The notes under the pieces: model-generated
Database searches by the model: none
Told to the model about the DNA's origin: nothing
What the model saw: the letters and a program-made list of their open reading frames with translations, nothing else
DNA from: the human T2T-CHM13v2.0 reference genome, Homo sapiens
Direction: 5' to 3' (one strand)
NCBI RefSeq assembly: GCF_009914755.1
Contig: NC_060926.1
DNA: 64,000 nt
Shown: positions 43,769 to 57,429 of the stretch, one piece after another
Layout of the letters: each line of letters begins with the position of its first letter
How positions within the stretch are numbered: the stretch's first letter is position 1
Translations under genes and position numbers: made by a program

Positions 43769-43905
43769 TTTTAAAATGTATTTTAAGTTCAGGGGTACAT
43801 GTGCAGGAGGTGCAGGTTTATTACATAGGTAAACATGTGCCGTGGTGGTTTGCTGCACCTATCAACCAATCACCAAGGTATTAAGCCCAGCATGCATTAA
43901 CTATT
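43769..43905 (-). mobile_element. Very short L1PA 3' end
   Basis: ggggtacatgtgcagg...ggtggtttgctgcacctatcaacc; TSD agttaaagcatt / agttacagcatt. Confidence 0.9.
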
Positions 43906-45629
43906 AGTTACAGCATTAAAAACAAAAACAAAACTGAGGCCCAGTGAGATTCAACTCTGTGGTAGAGGGCATGTGGAATATGGGAACATTAGGCCATTTT
44001 TTTATGTTTTCGAAACAAATAAATGCCATTTTCTGTGTTATCTTTATTCTTGAGTTTTTTGGTAGGTGTTGCATAGTAGACAGTTGACATTGCCACCACC
44101 TCCACCACCAGCTAAATAGCACTCTTCAGTGGTCATGAGAACTTTATTTCTTGTTGCATTTCTAAATTTACTATTGAAATCTCAAATTCTTCTTCCGACT
44201 CTTAATATTAGGAAGTACTTGAACTCTTAACTCACAGTATTCTCCATAGTTGGTAAGGGTATGAGTGAGAGGGAATTCATCTAACTTCATACCCTGACAG
44301 TTACTTATGAATTATACATAGGCAAGAGTCATCTGATTATACTCCTCCCTTATGAGCTGCAGACTTGGAAATTAGTGTCCAAAGCATTTATTCAAACAGA
44401 CAGCAAAGATATTCTGGCACAGTTTAATGAAGACCAGTAAACTTTCATCTGCCTGAAATTTTAAAATGTGGAATCCTCAAATAATGAAACTTTGAACACG
44501 GCTTTTGTTTATGTTGTTTGTATATGCCTTAGATTGGTGTCTAATAAATTCCAACCAGTTAACTTTTGGAATTTTTTTTTAAATAAATAATGAACAGGAT
44601 ACATAATTAGAAAGGTACTATGTGATTCTTCTTGGCATGATAGTGTCTGGGTACCACCAAAGCAATATCCATGGTAACAGATACAAAATCTCTTCATGAT
44701 AACTAAGGGCTTTCTAAGCTTATATTCTTTAGAAAGCTACACTGAAGGTTTAAGGTAAATCAATTGCATATGAGTCGGGAAGAAAAACCACTGTATAAAT
44801 CAAAAGCAATCACTTAGACAATTAGGAGATGGCAGAGACCATGAACTACTCAACTGGGATAGAATTGCCAAATATATCCGCACATTCAAGCATTTAAATC
44901 CACTTATCATAAAGTAGTTCTAAACTTCAAACTTATTGTTCACTGGCTTGTTAATCATATTTCAAAAACAATGAAACAATGGCATCATATTTTTGTAATG
45001 ATATTATATATTCTTTAATTCAGGACAGATGGCTGTTCTTATATTCCACAGAAAATACATTTCCTAATTATGGAGCCTAGGAGATAAAAGTATTAGCTTA
45101 ATCTCTAACCCTTTTAGTTATTTGAGCCAAACCCACATGGAGTTTGCTAAAGAGCTCTGTCACATTGGTACAATTTCTATATGTTTCTTTCTGAGGAGCT
45201 GAGAGCATCTTCTGTGAGTAACCTAGAGCATGTAAGTACACATAATGAAAATGCTCCCTTGGAATTAACTCACAACTTGATTTATGCAGGTTGGCCGACT
45301 CGTGTATGTGAGACCTGCTTGGGCTCCAGCTGCGGTTAAACATGTCTGTGGGACCAGTAGCCTGACTTTCCAATCAGAGCTTTGTTGCTGTGACTGCTGC
45401 TGTGGAGATTCAAGCCACACACAAACCAGCTGAAGAGAAGGAAATTTATCTTAAGCTTGAGTAGGGTTCATGGGAATCTAAAAATAGGAACTGCTTACTA
45501 TACAGCTGGTCCTCATGGGGCCCCTACCTGGAAAATTTAAGTGAAAGCAATCTGTCAACAACTGGATGATTTCTCTACTATAAGAACAGCCAATATTTAC
45601 TGAGCTCTTAGCCCATACCAAACACTTGT

Positions 45630-45631
<2 letters not shown>

Positions 45632-45678
<47 letters not shown>
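45632..45678. repeat. Pure (TG)23 microsatellite within a MIR
   Basis: Read directly; the flanks resemble a reverse MIR (atttactgagc..., gatgagaaaactgg). Confidence 0.95.
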
Positions 45679-45679
<1 letters not shown>

Positions 45680-46361
45680 TGTACTGTGTATATTCATTTG
45701 CATTCCTTACCACATTATGACTAAGGTACTCTCATCTTCCTTTATATATGGATGAGAAAACTGGTTCTTAAGAGTAGCCGAGAGACTTACCAAGGCCACA
45801 GGTTGATAATTACTAGAACAGGAATTCAGATGCAGGTGGAGTGCTCCCAAGGCCCACTTACTTCACCACTGCAATGTTTTGTGTCCAGCAGAGAGCTTGC
45901 CCCATTCTCTTCTCTGTGCAGAGCACTTGATGTTTGAGCATAAGATATGGGATTAAAACCCATCTTACCAAAACAAAAGGATGGGAATCTGACCTGATTT
46001 TATTAAATCAATTCTAGGATGGCAGAATTATTTCTCCATTTAGAGGAAAAATATATTATGTCCCAATTTCTAACCTATACTATTTCTCCAAATGAGCTAG
46101 TGGCAAGATAACCAGGACAGGGTGAATAGATATTTGTAAAGAGGAAATGTCCAGGTAGCAAAGATCCACCAGTCATAGATTTATTTGCATGGGGTTTTTT
46201 TTTTTTTTTTGTACTTGTCTTGCCAGAGACAAGAATAAAAGGAAATGATTTATGTGAAATTCACATAAAACAAATGGCATGTGATTGCATGATCTGTCTA
46301 TATGAAATAGTTGTGCCTCATCCTTCCTAACAGGAAGGATGGAAAGAGGAAAATCCTTTTC

Positions 46362-46663
46362 AGCTGGGTGCGGTGGCTCATGCCTGTAATTCCAACACTT
46401 CGGGAGGCTGAGGCAGGTGGATCGCCTGAGCTCAGGAGTTTGAGACCACCCAGGGCAACATGGTGAAACCCTGTCTCTACTAAAAATACAAAAAAAAATT
46501 AACCGAGTATGGTGGCACATGCCTCCAGTCCCAGCTACTTGGGAGGCTGAGGCAGGAGAATGGCTTGAGACGCCAGGTGAAGTTTTCGGTGAGCCGAGAT
46601 CGCATCACTGCACTCCAGCTTGGGCTACAGAGTGAGACTCCATCAAAAAAAAAAATAAAAAAA
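46362..46663 (+). mobile_element. Full-length AluS
   Basis: gctgggtgcggtggctcatgcc... through A-tail. Confidence 0.95.
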
Positions 46664-46739
46664 GGCTTATTCATGACTTTTGTGTTCCATTATATCATTA
46701 GGTACTTTTTCTGCATGGCTTCTAATTTTTCTCATTTAA

Positions 46740-47030
46740 TGTGTTAGTATGGCAATTACATTCCTAAATATTCTATGTTGAACCATTCTTGAATTCATGG
46801 GAAAAAAAACCTACTTGGTCATGATGACTGTATATATGGGTATATGCAGTCATATATATACACATGCATAAAACATATACGTATATACATATATACATAC
46901 ATATATACACACATATATACACACGTAACATACGTACTTTTTAAATACTTTGATATATTTTACTTGTTGATATTTAAGATAATTGCATCCATGTTAATAT
47001 ATGGAATTAGATTACATTTTCCTTGCCTTT
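46740..47030 (-). mobile_element. Old L1M fragment with an internal (TA/CA)n low-complexity tract
   Basis: atgttgaaccattcttgaattcatggga...cctacttggtcatgatg; tract at about 46830-46935. Confidence 0.65.
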
Positions 47031-47082
47031 CTTTCTTTCTCTCTCTCCTCTCTCTTCTCACTGTGACATGTATCTCTTAGAC

Positions 47083-47282
47083 AAGAAGTAGGCAAAGTTG
47101 TTTTTATATAAAGTAACAGAAACAATTTAAGGTTTTTATGCCAGTTTGAAAAATCAAAGTTATTAGATAGATATTTAAACCACAACCATTTAAAAAGGTA
47201 AAAATCATTCTTAGTTTGCAGGCACTATTAAAACAAGTGGCAGTCTGAGTGTGGCCCATGGGCCAAAGTTTGCTAATTCCTG
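47083..47282. mobile_element. MER58-type hAT element
   Basis: ggcaaagtt... start and ggcccatgggccaaagtttgctaattcctg end. Confidence 0.6.
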
Positions 47283-48088
47283 TCCTAGGGTCCTAAGACA
47301 TAGGGCCATTCCACTGGTTAGAAAATATTTATTTATTCCAGCCAAGGGAAGGCTCATTTGCCAAATTAGGCATTAATGATGGCAGATACCTCACTTTGTT
47401 GATGTGAAACATTTACAGCTGAAATTCTGTTGTTGTTTTTTTTTTTTCCATTTGTGTGTCTTGTAATTTGAAAGATCTTTTTAATGGGGAAAAAATAGTC
47501 TTGAGGTTGGAACTGCCTTTCAGGAAGAAAACTTCTGGGGTGATTTTGACAGCCAACGATAGATTGAAGCCTCCTGGAGTATCCAAGGGTGACTGGCCTC
47601 TTCAAGAGGTTTTGCAAGGGCTCATCCCCCTTCTCTGTTTCTGCCAGGCAGTGGGGGTGAGAGCAGGCCTGAAGAAAGACACCTGGATAATAGGTCAAGC
47701 ATCCAGTGGGAGGGTGCGGATGGCCTGAGGTGAATCTACTGCCTGCCTAGAGCATATAAGTAGCAGATGGACTAATGGACACATGTCATTCTTTCTTTTC
47801 ATCCTTGTCCTACCCTTATTAACTCTGACCTCTGTGCTTTTTACTTTTTTACTTTTTTCCCTATTGTTATTTTCAGATTTTGTGAAACATGGTCTCACTC
47901 CATACACTGAAATGTAAACAGACATTTTAGCAGCAGATAATTTTAATATGCTGGACTTTCCTAAAGTCTTTATACTACCCATGATGACCCTGGATGTATT
48001 ATCCAAAGGAGGAAATGACCAGATGACAGTCACACAGAGAGGAGCCATTGCAGGATGAGCTTGAAAGTTCACCCTTACCTGATGATCA

Positions 48089-48679
48089 TGTAAAATAAAA
48101 ATAACATTCTAAGCCCCCCAGCCATCTGAATGGACCCCTCTTCCTCCTGGTCCAGGACATTCCAAAGTTAACCTGAAAAACTAGTTCAGGCCATGATGGG
48201 AGGTGGGAGCCAGACATGCCTCATTATACCCGCCTGCCTTTTGAAATTACTGCTACAACAGACCCTAAGTCTGATAAGAGACACTTACAATCTATTATCT
48301 CTGAAGCCTGCACCTGGAGGCTTCATCTGCATCATAAAACTTTGGTCTCCACAACCCCTTATGGTAACCCAGACAGTCCTTTCTATTGGTAATAACTCTT
48401 TCAACCAATTGTCAATCAGAAAATCTGTGAATCCACCTAGAACTTGGAAGCCTGGCTTCCACTTGTCCTACCTTTCCAGACTGAACCAATGTACATCTTA
48501 CGTGTATTAATTGATGCTTTATGTATCCCTAAAATGTATAAAACCAAGTTGTGGCCGGGCCACCATGGCCACATGTTCTCAGCATCTCCTGAGGGCTGTG
48601 TCATGAACCATTGATCAGTCATATCTGGCTCAGAATAAATCTCTTCAAATATTTTGCAGTTTGACTCTTTTTGTGAACA
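48089..48679 (+). mobile_element. Solo MER4B-type LTR (ERV1), sense to CTNNA2
   Basis: TG...CA termini with a 4-bp TSD ATCA; ttctaagccccccagccatctgaatggacccc; AATAAA at 48634. Confidence 0.9.
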
Positions 48680-49249
48680 ATCACATTTGACTACCAGACA
48701 TCTGAGGAACTTTGGAGACCTCAAAGAATCTTAGAGATCTTCTAGCTCAGCAGTTTTTAAGGCTTTTGTCTGGGGAATACAGACCCCTCTGAGATTCTGA
48801 GGAAAAGGAAGGATTCTCTTTCCCCCACAAACATAGAGAAACACAACACACACTCAAACACATTACATACAACTTCAGTTTCATGAATTCCCTGTGAACC
48901 ACCATTTAGTCTACTTTAAGAATGCCCGATCTCCTCTAATCCCCTAAATGGCCTAAGGAGGGTAAGGCATTAGCTAAGCAAGCAATCCTTTCTCTTACTT
49001 CACATAGGAAGACAGTGCCATCTATTATAAATTATGTTCAATTTCTGCACTTACTGTTTAGAAGTGTCTTTCTACTTCATAAAATTCATGCAACTTATAC
49101 TTTGCTCATATTTGATTCAAATTTTTCTTTGTAAATATAAGGAAGCATTCAATATAGAGAAGAAGATTTAAAGGTAGTATTTTCTTTGTTTTAAGCACTG
49201 ACTTATAAAAACAAAGTTTAAAAAAAGAAAAGTAATAAAGATGTCCTAG

Positions 49250-49803
49250 TATTACAGAAAAAGGGTTCCAATCCAGACCCCAAGAGAGGGTTCTTGGATC
49301 TCATGCAAGAAAGAATTCAGGTCAAGTCCATAGAGTAAAGTGAAAGCAAGTTTATTAGAAAAGTAAAGGAATAAAAGAACAGCTACTCCATAGACGGAGC
49401 CAGTCCTGAGGGCTGCTGGTTGCTCATTTTTGTGGTTGTTTCTTGATTATATGCTAGACAAGTGGTGAATTATCCATGCCTCCCCTTTTTAGACCATACA
49501 GGATAAATTCCTGACGTTGCCATGGCATTTGTAAACTGTCATGATGTTGGTGGGAGTGTAGCAGTGAGGACGACCAGAGATCACTCTCGTCACCATCTTG
49601 GGTTTGGTGGGTTTTAGCTGGTTTCTTTACTGCAACCTGTTTTATCAGCAAGATCTTTAGACCTGTATCTTGTGCTGACCTCCTATCTCTTCCTGTGACT
49701 TAGAATGCCTTAACCATCTGGGAATGCGGCCCAGTAGCTTTCAGCCTTATTTTACCCAGCTCCTATTCAAGATGGAGTTGCTCTCGTTCAAATGCCTATG
49801 ACA
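49250..49803 (-). mobile_element. Solo MER41A LTR (ERV1)
   Basis: 554 bp with a 4-bp TSD CTAG; atccagaccccaagagagggttcttggatctc...caagatggagttgctct; lacks the MER41B GAS block. Confidence 0.92.
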
Positions 49804-50533
49804 CTAGGAGCTTTAGTGTATAGCCCATTTGCCAAAAACAGTACAAGACATGCTCTTATGAGATGTTGCTAATTAATGGTTCCTTAAATATAATTGATTT
49901 TTATTTTTCACTTTTTGAAAGATCAAAAAGTATTTGATAGCTGCTTTATGTAAAGCTATCTGAACTGGAAGTAAACAAATAATAAAATGTAGCAGCTTTC
50001 TACAGAAATTCAAATTTAAGGAATCTCTGGGGCAATTATATGTAAAACTGATGATAATTTATATCTGTGTGTGTGTAAAATAACAATTCTGAAATGGCTT
50101 CATTTCAAAGCAAAACACACAAGTAGTTAGTCCAAAATCATACATTTCTCAAATTATGAGATCCAGAGAAGCTGAAAGACCCAATTTAAACAATTTAAAC
50201 TCTACATAAGAACTGTGAAATACTTTCTCTTCTTTATTGTTTACTCAATAATCTAAAAATAATCAGAACTAGCTCACTAAATCCTTTTCCTTTTACACCT
50301 ACTCTGTTTAGTTTAAATGGAAAAGGCTGAGATTTCACATTTGTACATGGATTTATAGTGCTTGAAGTGAAATAATATTTTCTGGTTTAGTGGCATTTAT
50401 TGCTTATCAAATCTTTAAATTTTTTAAGGTTATATTTACAATAATTATGTTTAATTTTATATATAAAATGAAAATTAATAAGCAAACTTTGGAAGAGTTA
50501 GCCAACTTAAAGCACTATTGCTTGCCTTCTTTT

Positions 50534-50983
<450 letters not shown>

Positions 50984-52679
50984 TAATTGTTCGGTCTCTA
51001 CATAAGAATCACTTTGCTGAACAATGAAATGCAGCTGCCTCTAGGGTAGAATGCAGCAGCTATTGAGCAGCACAAGCCCTACTACCGGTCAGTTTGGGGC
51101 CTCGCAAGGGGAAGAGTGCAAATCCATTTCCAAAAAAAAGGGAAGAAATTGACAGCCAATGGAATTTTTAGTTTTTGCAAATTGGCTCTGCCCCACCAAT
51201 ATTCTCTTTTAGTCCATGTCATCTCTTTCATAAATTTAGTATGTTTTCTTCCTTCTTTCTTGACAGTCTTTTTTTTTTTTGTCTTCTGCCAGTTTTCCTC
51301 CCCCTTTCTAGTTAATTCCCCTAATTGTCAGCAATTGTGCTTAGTAATTTTTGGTTTCAAGTCAGCTCTCAACAAGAGTTGTCTCTTGAATATTTAGAAT
51401 TAATCTTGACATTTTATGTCCCTCTGTGCATGCTGATGGAGGTTCTTTAACTTGCTGAGGGAGAACAAGTGGCTTATAGAAATCATAGGTCTGCCAGAGG
51501 CTGGAAACTGTGCCAATGGTGGCCAGGGACAGAATCAGAGTCTTAGAGAGTTTTCTAGTTAATTAGATTTGGTCACATGACCTTTGTGACTCAACCAATG
51601 GCAATAAATAATGAGACACACAATCCCAGGCCAGAAGCCTTCTGCTAGTATATCTAGTTAGCAGAAGTGGAATCTCTACTAGGATTATGACTGCAGGGCC
51701 TTCGTCAACTGCACCTTTTCCAGAAATCCCTCTTAAGCTTTCCCAATGTAAACTTATTTCTCTCTTCTCTGAACTTCTCTGGACTTCTTTTATTCTTTAT
51801 ACTTGGAAACTCATCACACATAATTGTGTGGATTCCTTTTGTTAAACTCTGCAGAGGAATCTTCAGTGGGAAGAGTGGCTTACCTTCTTATCCCCTAATT
51901 TTCACTCTGTCTTAATTTTTACATAAATTTGATCATTCTTTTCCCTACCATGTTCATCTCCAGGACTTCCCTCCCTTCACTGTCCTCCCTCTACTATGTT
52001 TCTCCATGTCTTCCCTGCCAACATGTATCTTCTCAAAATGCACACACATACATGCTTATCTCAGTACAGTTAATAGAATTTGTTCATTTTCCCAACTGGA
52101 TTGTAAAGAGGGTTTCTTAACTTTCACAGATCTATCACATTAAATTGCCTACAGTTGTTACTAAAAACTCTTGAGATATATATGGAATAATTCATTCAAC
52201 ATTTATTGAGCCTTACTTTGTGCATTTCACAGCAGCTTCTTGCCAAGAAGAAACCTATGTATTTTGAAGTTCTGGTGTTAAACAACTGTATTTTAGCTTT
52301 ATGATTAAATTAAAATGAGGATTAAGTTTTTCTTCTGCTCATATTGAAATAAGTGACTAGAATAGATCACGGTTTATATGGACAGGAATCTCACTTAGCA
52401 AACAGTAGGCTGATGATTGACAGCACCATCACCCTCTCCCTGTTCCTCAAACTCTACTTCCAGTGGTCATGTCTTAGGACAAGATACTTATTCAGAACCA
52501 GAGCTGGTTTTATGCTACTATTTCTTAATATTCCACAGGCTTATTGTTGGTTAAAGACCTGCATATTCAAATGCCTCTAAGTTAAGCTTGATGTATTCCC
52601 CAACTCTAAAGGCCGTAGTTCCCCTGGGCACAGTTATGACCACGGGAACTTCTCTTGTAACACTCAGCCTGCAGGTAAT

Positions 52680-54066
52680 TTAACTCATGATTTTATGTAG
52701 CAGCTCTACCCTGGTGACTCTTGCATTTGAACCTTTGCCTGTATCTTTCCTGAGAACTACAGACTCACATATCCAACTGCCTACTAGATAGCTCTGTTGG
52801 GATGTCTAGGAGACATATCAAACTTAAGAAGTTCAAAGCCAAATTTCTGTTTTTTTCTCCCCAAACCTGCTCTTGCCCCAGTTTTCTGTGTATCAGTTGT
52901 AATTTCTCAGGTTGTATTTGGGGTCATACTCAACTCCTCTCTCTAATAACCCTCATCTCTTCTATCTTCAAACTCTTGGCTCTACCTTCAATATGTACTC
53001 AGAATTTATATGTAGAATGTAATATATTCAATTGATGGCATATCATGTAGCAGAGAATGAAATATATATATATATATATAAAAACATGGATGAATCTCAT
53101 AAATGTAATGTTGAAAAAAAGCAGTGAGCCACAAATATACAACCTATGCTTTTATCTATATAAAGGAAAAAAACAGGCGAAACTTACTTATGCTATTAGA
53201 AGTCAGGTTGCCCGTGAAGCTTAGTGACTGGGAGGCATTGTATGGGAGCTTCCAGATGTTTACTTGGTCAAAATTAAGCTATATATTGATGATATGTGTA
53301 CTTTTTTGTATATGATACCTATGTTAAAATAATATGGACATGTCTTTCTACCTCTCTGATCCAAACAACGCCATCTCTTAACCGGATCCTGGGGATGGCC
53401 TCCTATTTGCTTCTCTTTCTGCCACCATGCTCTCCTCAGTGTGTAGCCAGAGTGATCTTCTAATATGTAACTGGGTTTGTGCCACTTCTGTTCAGAAGTT
53501 GCCAATGGCTCTCCATCTTTTGCAAGGTGGAAGCCAAAGGCCTTACAGGCCCCACCTGTTCTGTTGTACTGTGCTTAGTTCTCTGGATTTACTTCCCCTT
53601 ACTCACATCCCTTCTTTCTGGGCTCCAGCCACATTGACCACAGAGTTCATTGATGCCAACCATCTTTCATCCTCGGGACATTTCTGCTGTCTTGTGACCC
53701 TAACTTAACTCTGTCCCTAAATGCATTTAGGATTTTCTCCCTCGGTCCTTCTGATCTCTGCTGTAGTTTTTTCTTACCAGCGAGGCCTCCCATGACCATC
53801 CTGTATGAAATAGCACCTCTGCTGATCTCACCCATGTTAACACACTTTGCTTTTTTTCCCCACAGGAAAATGATTCTATGAAAAGCTGTATTTATAATTT
53901 GTTATTATCTGTTATTTTTCTATATTTTCCAGAATATTTAATCCATGGGGGCAGGGATATTTAGTGTGTGTTTGTTTGGTGCCTTCCTTTTTGTATTTTC
54001 AGTGCCTAGAGAAGTGCCTGACACACAGCTAGCTGGACTTTAGTGAATATTTGTTGAATAAATAAA
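52680..54066 (+). mobile_element. L2, interrupted by an L1ME 3' fragment (about 53040-53330)
   Basis: cagactcacatatccaactgcctact..., gccagagtgatcttc..., gtgcctgacacaca...aatatttgttgaat; L1 motif aacatggatgaatctcataaatgtaatgttg. Confidence 0.75.
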
Positions 54067-55254
54067 AACAACTGGGAAACAGGTACTCCATTGTGATTGA
54101 GAAAATGAGCAAGAACTACAGTACTTACTAGATCCTATGATAGGGTATTTCTAACTTTGTAAGTATATCCCAAAGAAAAAAATGAAAGAAATAGCCACTT
54201 GCATGTTATTGTTTGTATGCTCTTCACAATTGCTATATACAAAGGCTAACAAAAGGGAAAACTCAGCTAAATGGTTCTAAATTGAGGGAAGAAGGAGGTG
54301 GGCAGGAGAGAAGATCCCAATCTCCTGTTAAGGGTGGTCTTGCATATTCCATAGGGAAACACATTGTTATTGATTGGAAGAGGTCTTATCCCATTTCCCA
54401 TGTTGAAATATGAAAATGTTTGAAAAACACTAACAAGTGCTTCAGTGTGATTTAATACATATGGAAAACAGATGACCATGTTAACATGAAATGATATTTA
54501 AGTAGAAAAGCAGAATAAAGAATAGTAAGTAGACATGGTTTTTTTTTATTTTATTCATTAAAATTAATAAAGGTGGAAAGAATAATTTAATTAAGATATA
54601 AGTTTAATTTTTGACTCAAAATGCAGAACTTCAGCTGATAAATTTTCCAATAGAAAATGACCTTTTTCCCCCAATTTTATGCATGTACTATAAAATGTAA
54701 GGTAATGGATTAAACACATCCTACTTTAAGATTTACTGTTGAAACACACGTCTTATTTTTACCTCAAGAATAAATGAATTAAGTAAAGATATTTTTTTTT
54801 CTTTTTTGGATGTGTTGGGGGAATAGGCATTCTTTCCAGAAGAGTGGGCAGAGGTGAAACTAGTTGCCACACTTTAATTATAACGATAGTAGACTCTCCT
54901 CAGGTACGTTAGAATACACTAAGAAATTCAGCTAAGATTTACCTGTCTTTACACTGCAACACTAGAGAACTTTCTAGAGGAGTACCATCCCATACCTATT
55001 TAATTGTGATGCTTGCTAATATGTCATTCAGCAACAATTTCTTATAAGTACTCCCCAACCTGCTACTTTTTGCTTCATCTCCCATTGTCTAACAAATTTA
55101 ATTTCCCAGGATTTCTCAACCTGACAATCCATTGTCACCAAATAAATACAATCATTCCTGCCTCTGAACTGTTTATCGATCTGGGAACTTCACTTTCCTC
55201 TTTTCTTACTTTAAATGCCCATTTTTGTCTTCAGGACATTGAATGATCCATCAG

Positions 55255-55322
55255 ATCCAATCCCTGCCTTGGCATTATCTCCCCTATTATTCAATCCATG
55301 CCTTGGCATTATCTCCTCTATA
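55255..55322. repeat. 34-bp tandem duplication
   Basis: atccaatccctgccttggcattatctcccctatt / attcaatccatgccttggcattatctcctctata (30/34). Confidence 0.9.
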
Positions 55323-55796
55323 ATCTCACTCATTCCTGCCTCTGTGTTCTTCACCCTTACTGAAAACTCATTTTAATTAATTATAAAGAATTGTGTCCAA
55401 AACCAGTAAGATGACTTCCTTGAAACAGGTGCTAAATGATCCTCGCTTCAAAATAATCACCGCCTTTCTTTGCATTGCCATGATTTTAAAAATAAATTAT
55501 ATTATTGCACACTGTATTTACTTCATTTGCTTTTGTCTTTATATACTTATAACTTTTTTCAACTTTCTATTTTAGCAACTTCATAAAAAATCGAGACCAT
55601 ATGATCTGATCTTTATAGTATTAAAGTGCTATACAATTAGGGGAGCCCAGTGAGTTAGCTGAGACTTTTTGTAATACATAATGCAGAAGACACAGGGAGG
55701 AGTAGTAAAGATGAGCTTAGCAGGGTTGTTTGTGTTGTTCATAAAAGATGAAGTAAGCAAGTTGGTTAATTTAAAAAAAATTATAGTTATTATCAT

Positions 55797-56282
55797 TGTG
55801 TTCATTTCCTATTGCTACTGCAACATATTACTACCCGCTTATTGGCTTAAACAATGTTAATTTATTATCTTATAGTTCTGAAAGTCAGAAGTTTAAAATC
55901 AGTTTCACATGCTAAAGTCAAGATGTTGGCAGGCTGGTTCCTTCTGGGAGGTGTCAGGGAGAATTTATTTCCTTGCCTTTTCCAACTTTTAGAGGCCACT
56001 GCATTCCTTGTTTCGTGGCCCCTTTTTTGCAATAGCATCACTCCTACCTCTGCTACCACTGTCACATCTCCTTTTATCTATTGATCCTCTTACCTCTGTC
56101 TTATAAAGACCCTTCCAATGACACTGGGCCCACCTAGACAATCCTGAAAATCTTCCCCTCTCCAGACCTATAGTTTAACCACACATGCACGGTGCCTTTT
56201 GCTATATAAGGTAACAAATTCTCAGGTTACTGGGATGAGGACATGGACATTTGGTAGAAGGGGCATTATTTTGACTATCACA
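55797..56282 (-). mobile_element. MLT1D-type MaLR LTR
   Basis: ggcttaaacaa..tttattatcttatagttctg...tgggcccacctagacaatcc...gaggacatggacat..gggcattatt...aca. Confidence 0.85.
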
Positions 56283-57429
56283 ATCCCTACTAGTGCCAAT
56301 CTCACTCACTTAGATGAATGCGAAAGAAGTTACCCTGAGTACACTAGAGGGTATGTCCGACATGTGGATTTTATCACTAGTGCATGTCACTACAGACAAA
56401 TAGTTTGAGAGCTTCTCTTTTGTGCCAAGGAGTTTGGAAACTTTATCTGTTAGGCATTGGTGAACTCTCAGTGCTTTCCAAGCAGGTGAAGAACCTGCTC
56501 AGTTCTATATTTTAGAAAAATAACTGATCACAGAATGAGGTTGATGGGAGCTCAGACTCACGTGGTGGAAAGCCTAAACTCAGAAATAATGGCAATGGAA
56601 TTGGAGTGCAGGCAGATGTTGCAGAGACATTCCAGAGAGGATCCTGTGTGGACTTGGAAGTGTTTGCAGAGAGGTAGGAATATAGAGGATACCTTTTGAA
56701 GTTTTTAGCTTAGGTGGCAGCATAAGAAATGACAACATTAATGAATTTGAATAAATTCAGTTATAAATATCTATGAGAAATGCCTCTGTCAGTTTCAGAA
56801 TCAGAGGTTGGCAGTCATGTTGCAGAAAACATACTGCACTCAGATTTACAAATATGTATTTTGGACTTAACTGGAAAGGTTAAGGGACACCTGCTTCCGT
56901 GAGAGGACTCCAGAGTGGTTGCATGCATGCATACATGTCCACATGCATACATGTATACCTACAAACATACATATGTATACATGCACATACATCCATGCAC
57001 ACAATTTACTGACCTTAGTGACCAGGGCATAATAGTATAAATCATCAAAACTTCCAGGTATCAGTGCTCTTTTGAATACAGATATTGCTTCCATTTCAGT
57101 CTGTGCAGGCTCAAGCTCATTTTATAATTTTGCTTTGCATACATTCCATACTTAGTCTCCTGTAAATGTAAAAGAAACACAAAGCAATTGGAAAAAATAA
57201 ATCCTTTACAATGCGAAATCATGAAGTTGTTTCTTGCTCTCAAAGAGTTTAATGTCTAATGGTAAGATAAACATATGTAATAATGATACACCATGTCAGC
57301 TGTTAAAAATAGTAATAGCTAATGTTTACTAAGTTTAAACCTTATGAGCTCAGCACTGCTTAGCCTTTTAAATGTGTTAGCTAATTAAATGTTACAATCG
57401 TCATATAAGGTGGACATTGCGTGTAAAGT

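Noticed and set aside
47366-48072. Overlapping 90-125 aa ORFs on both strands
   Set aside because: No recognisable homology; ORFs of this length are expected by chance in 64 kb.
49250-49803. MER41 as an interferon/STAT1 enhancer
   Set aside because: The sequence runs ...tatccatgcctccccttttt... without the tandem TTCnnnGAA block of MER41B, so it is MER41A type.
51030-51060. CTCF-like motif (reverse strand accctagaggcagc)
   Set aside because: The core is one base short of consensus; it cannot be supported without ChIP data.
53845-53870. Strong-looking acceptor tttttttccccacag|G
   Set aside because: Inside an L2, with no convincing paired donor or open frame; such sites are common in long introns.
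56915-57005. TGCATG-containing CATG/CATA tract as an RBFOX element
   Set aside because: A degenerate microsatellite more than 40 kb from the exon.
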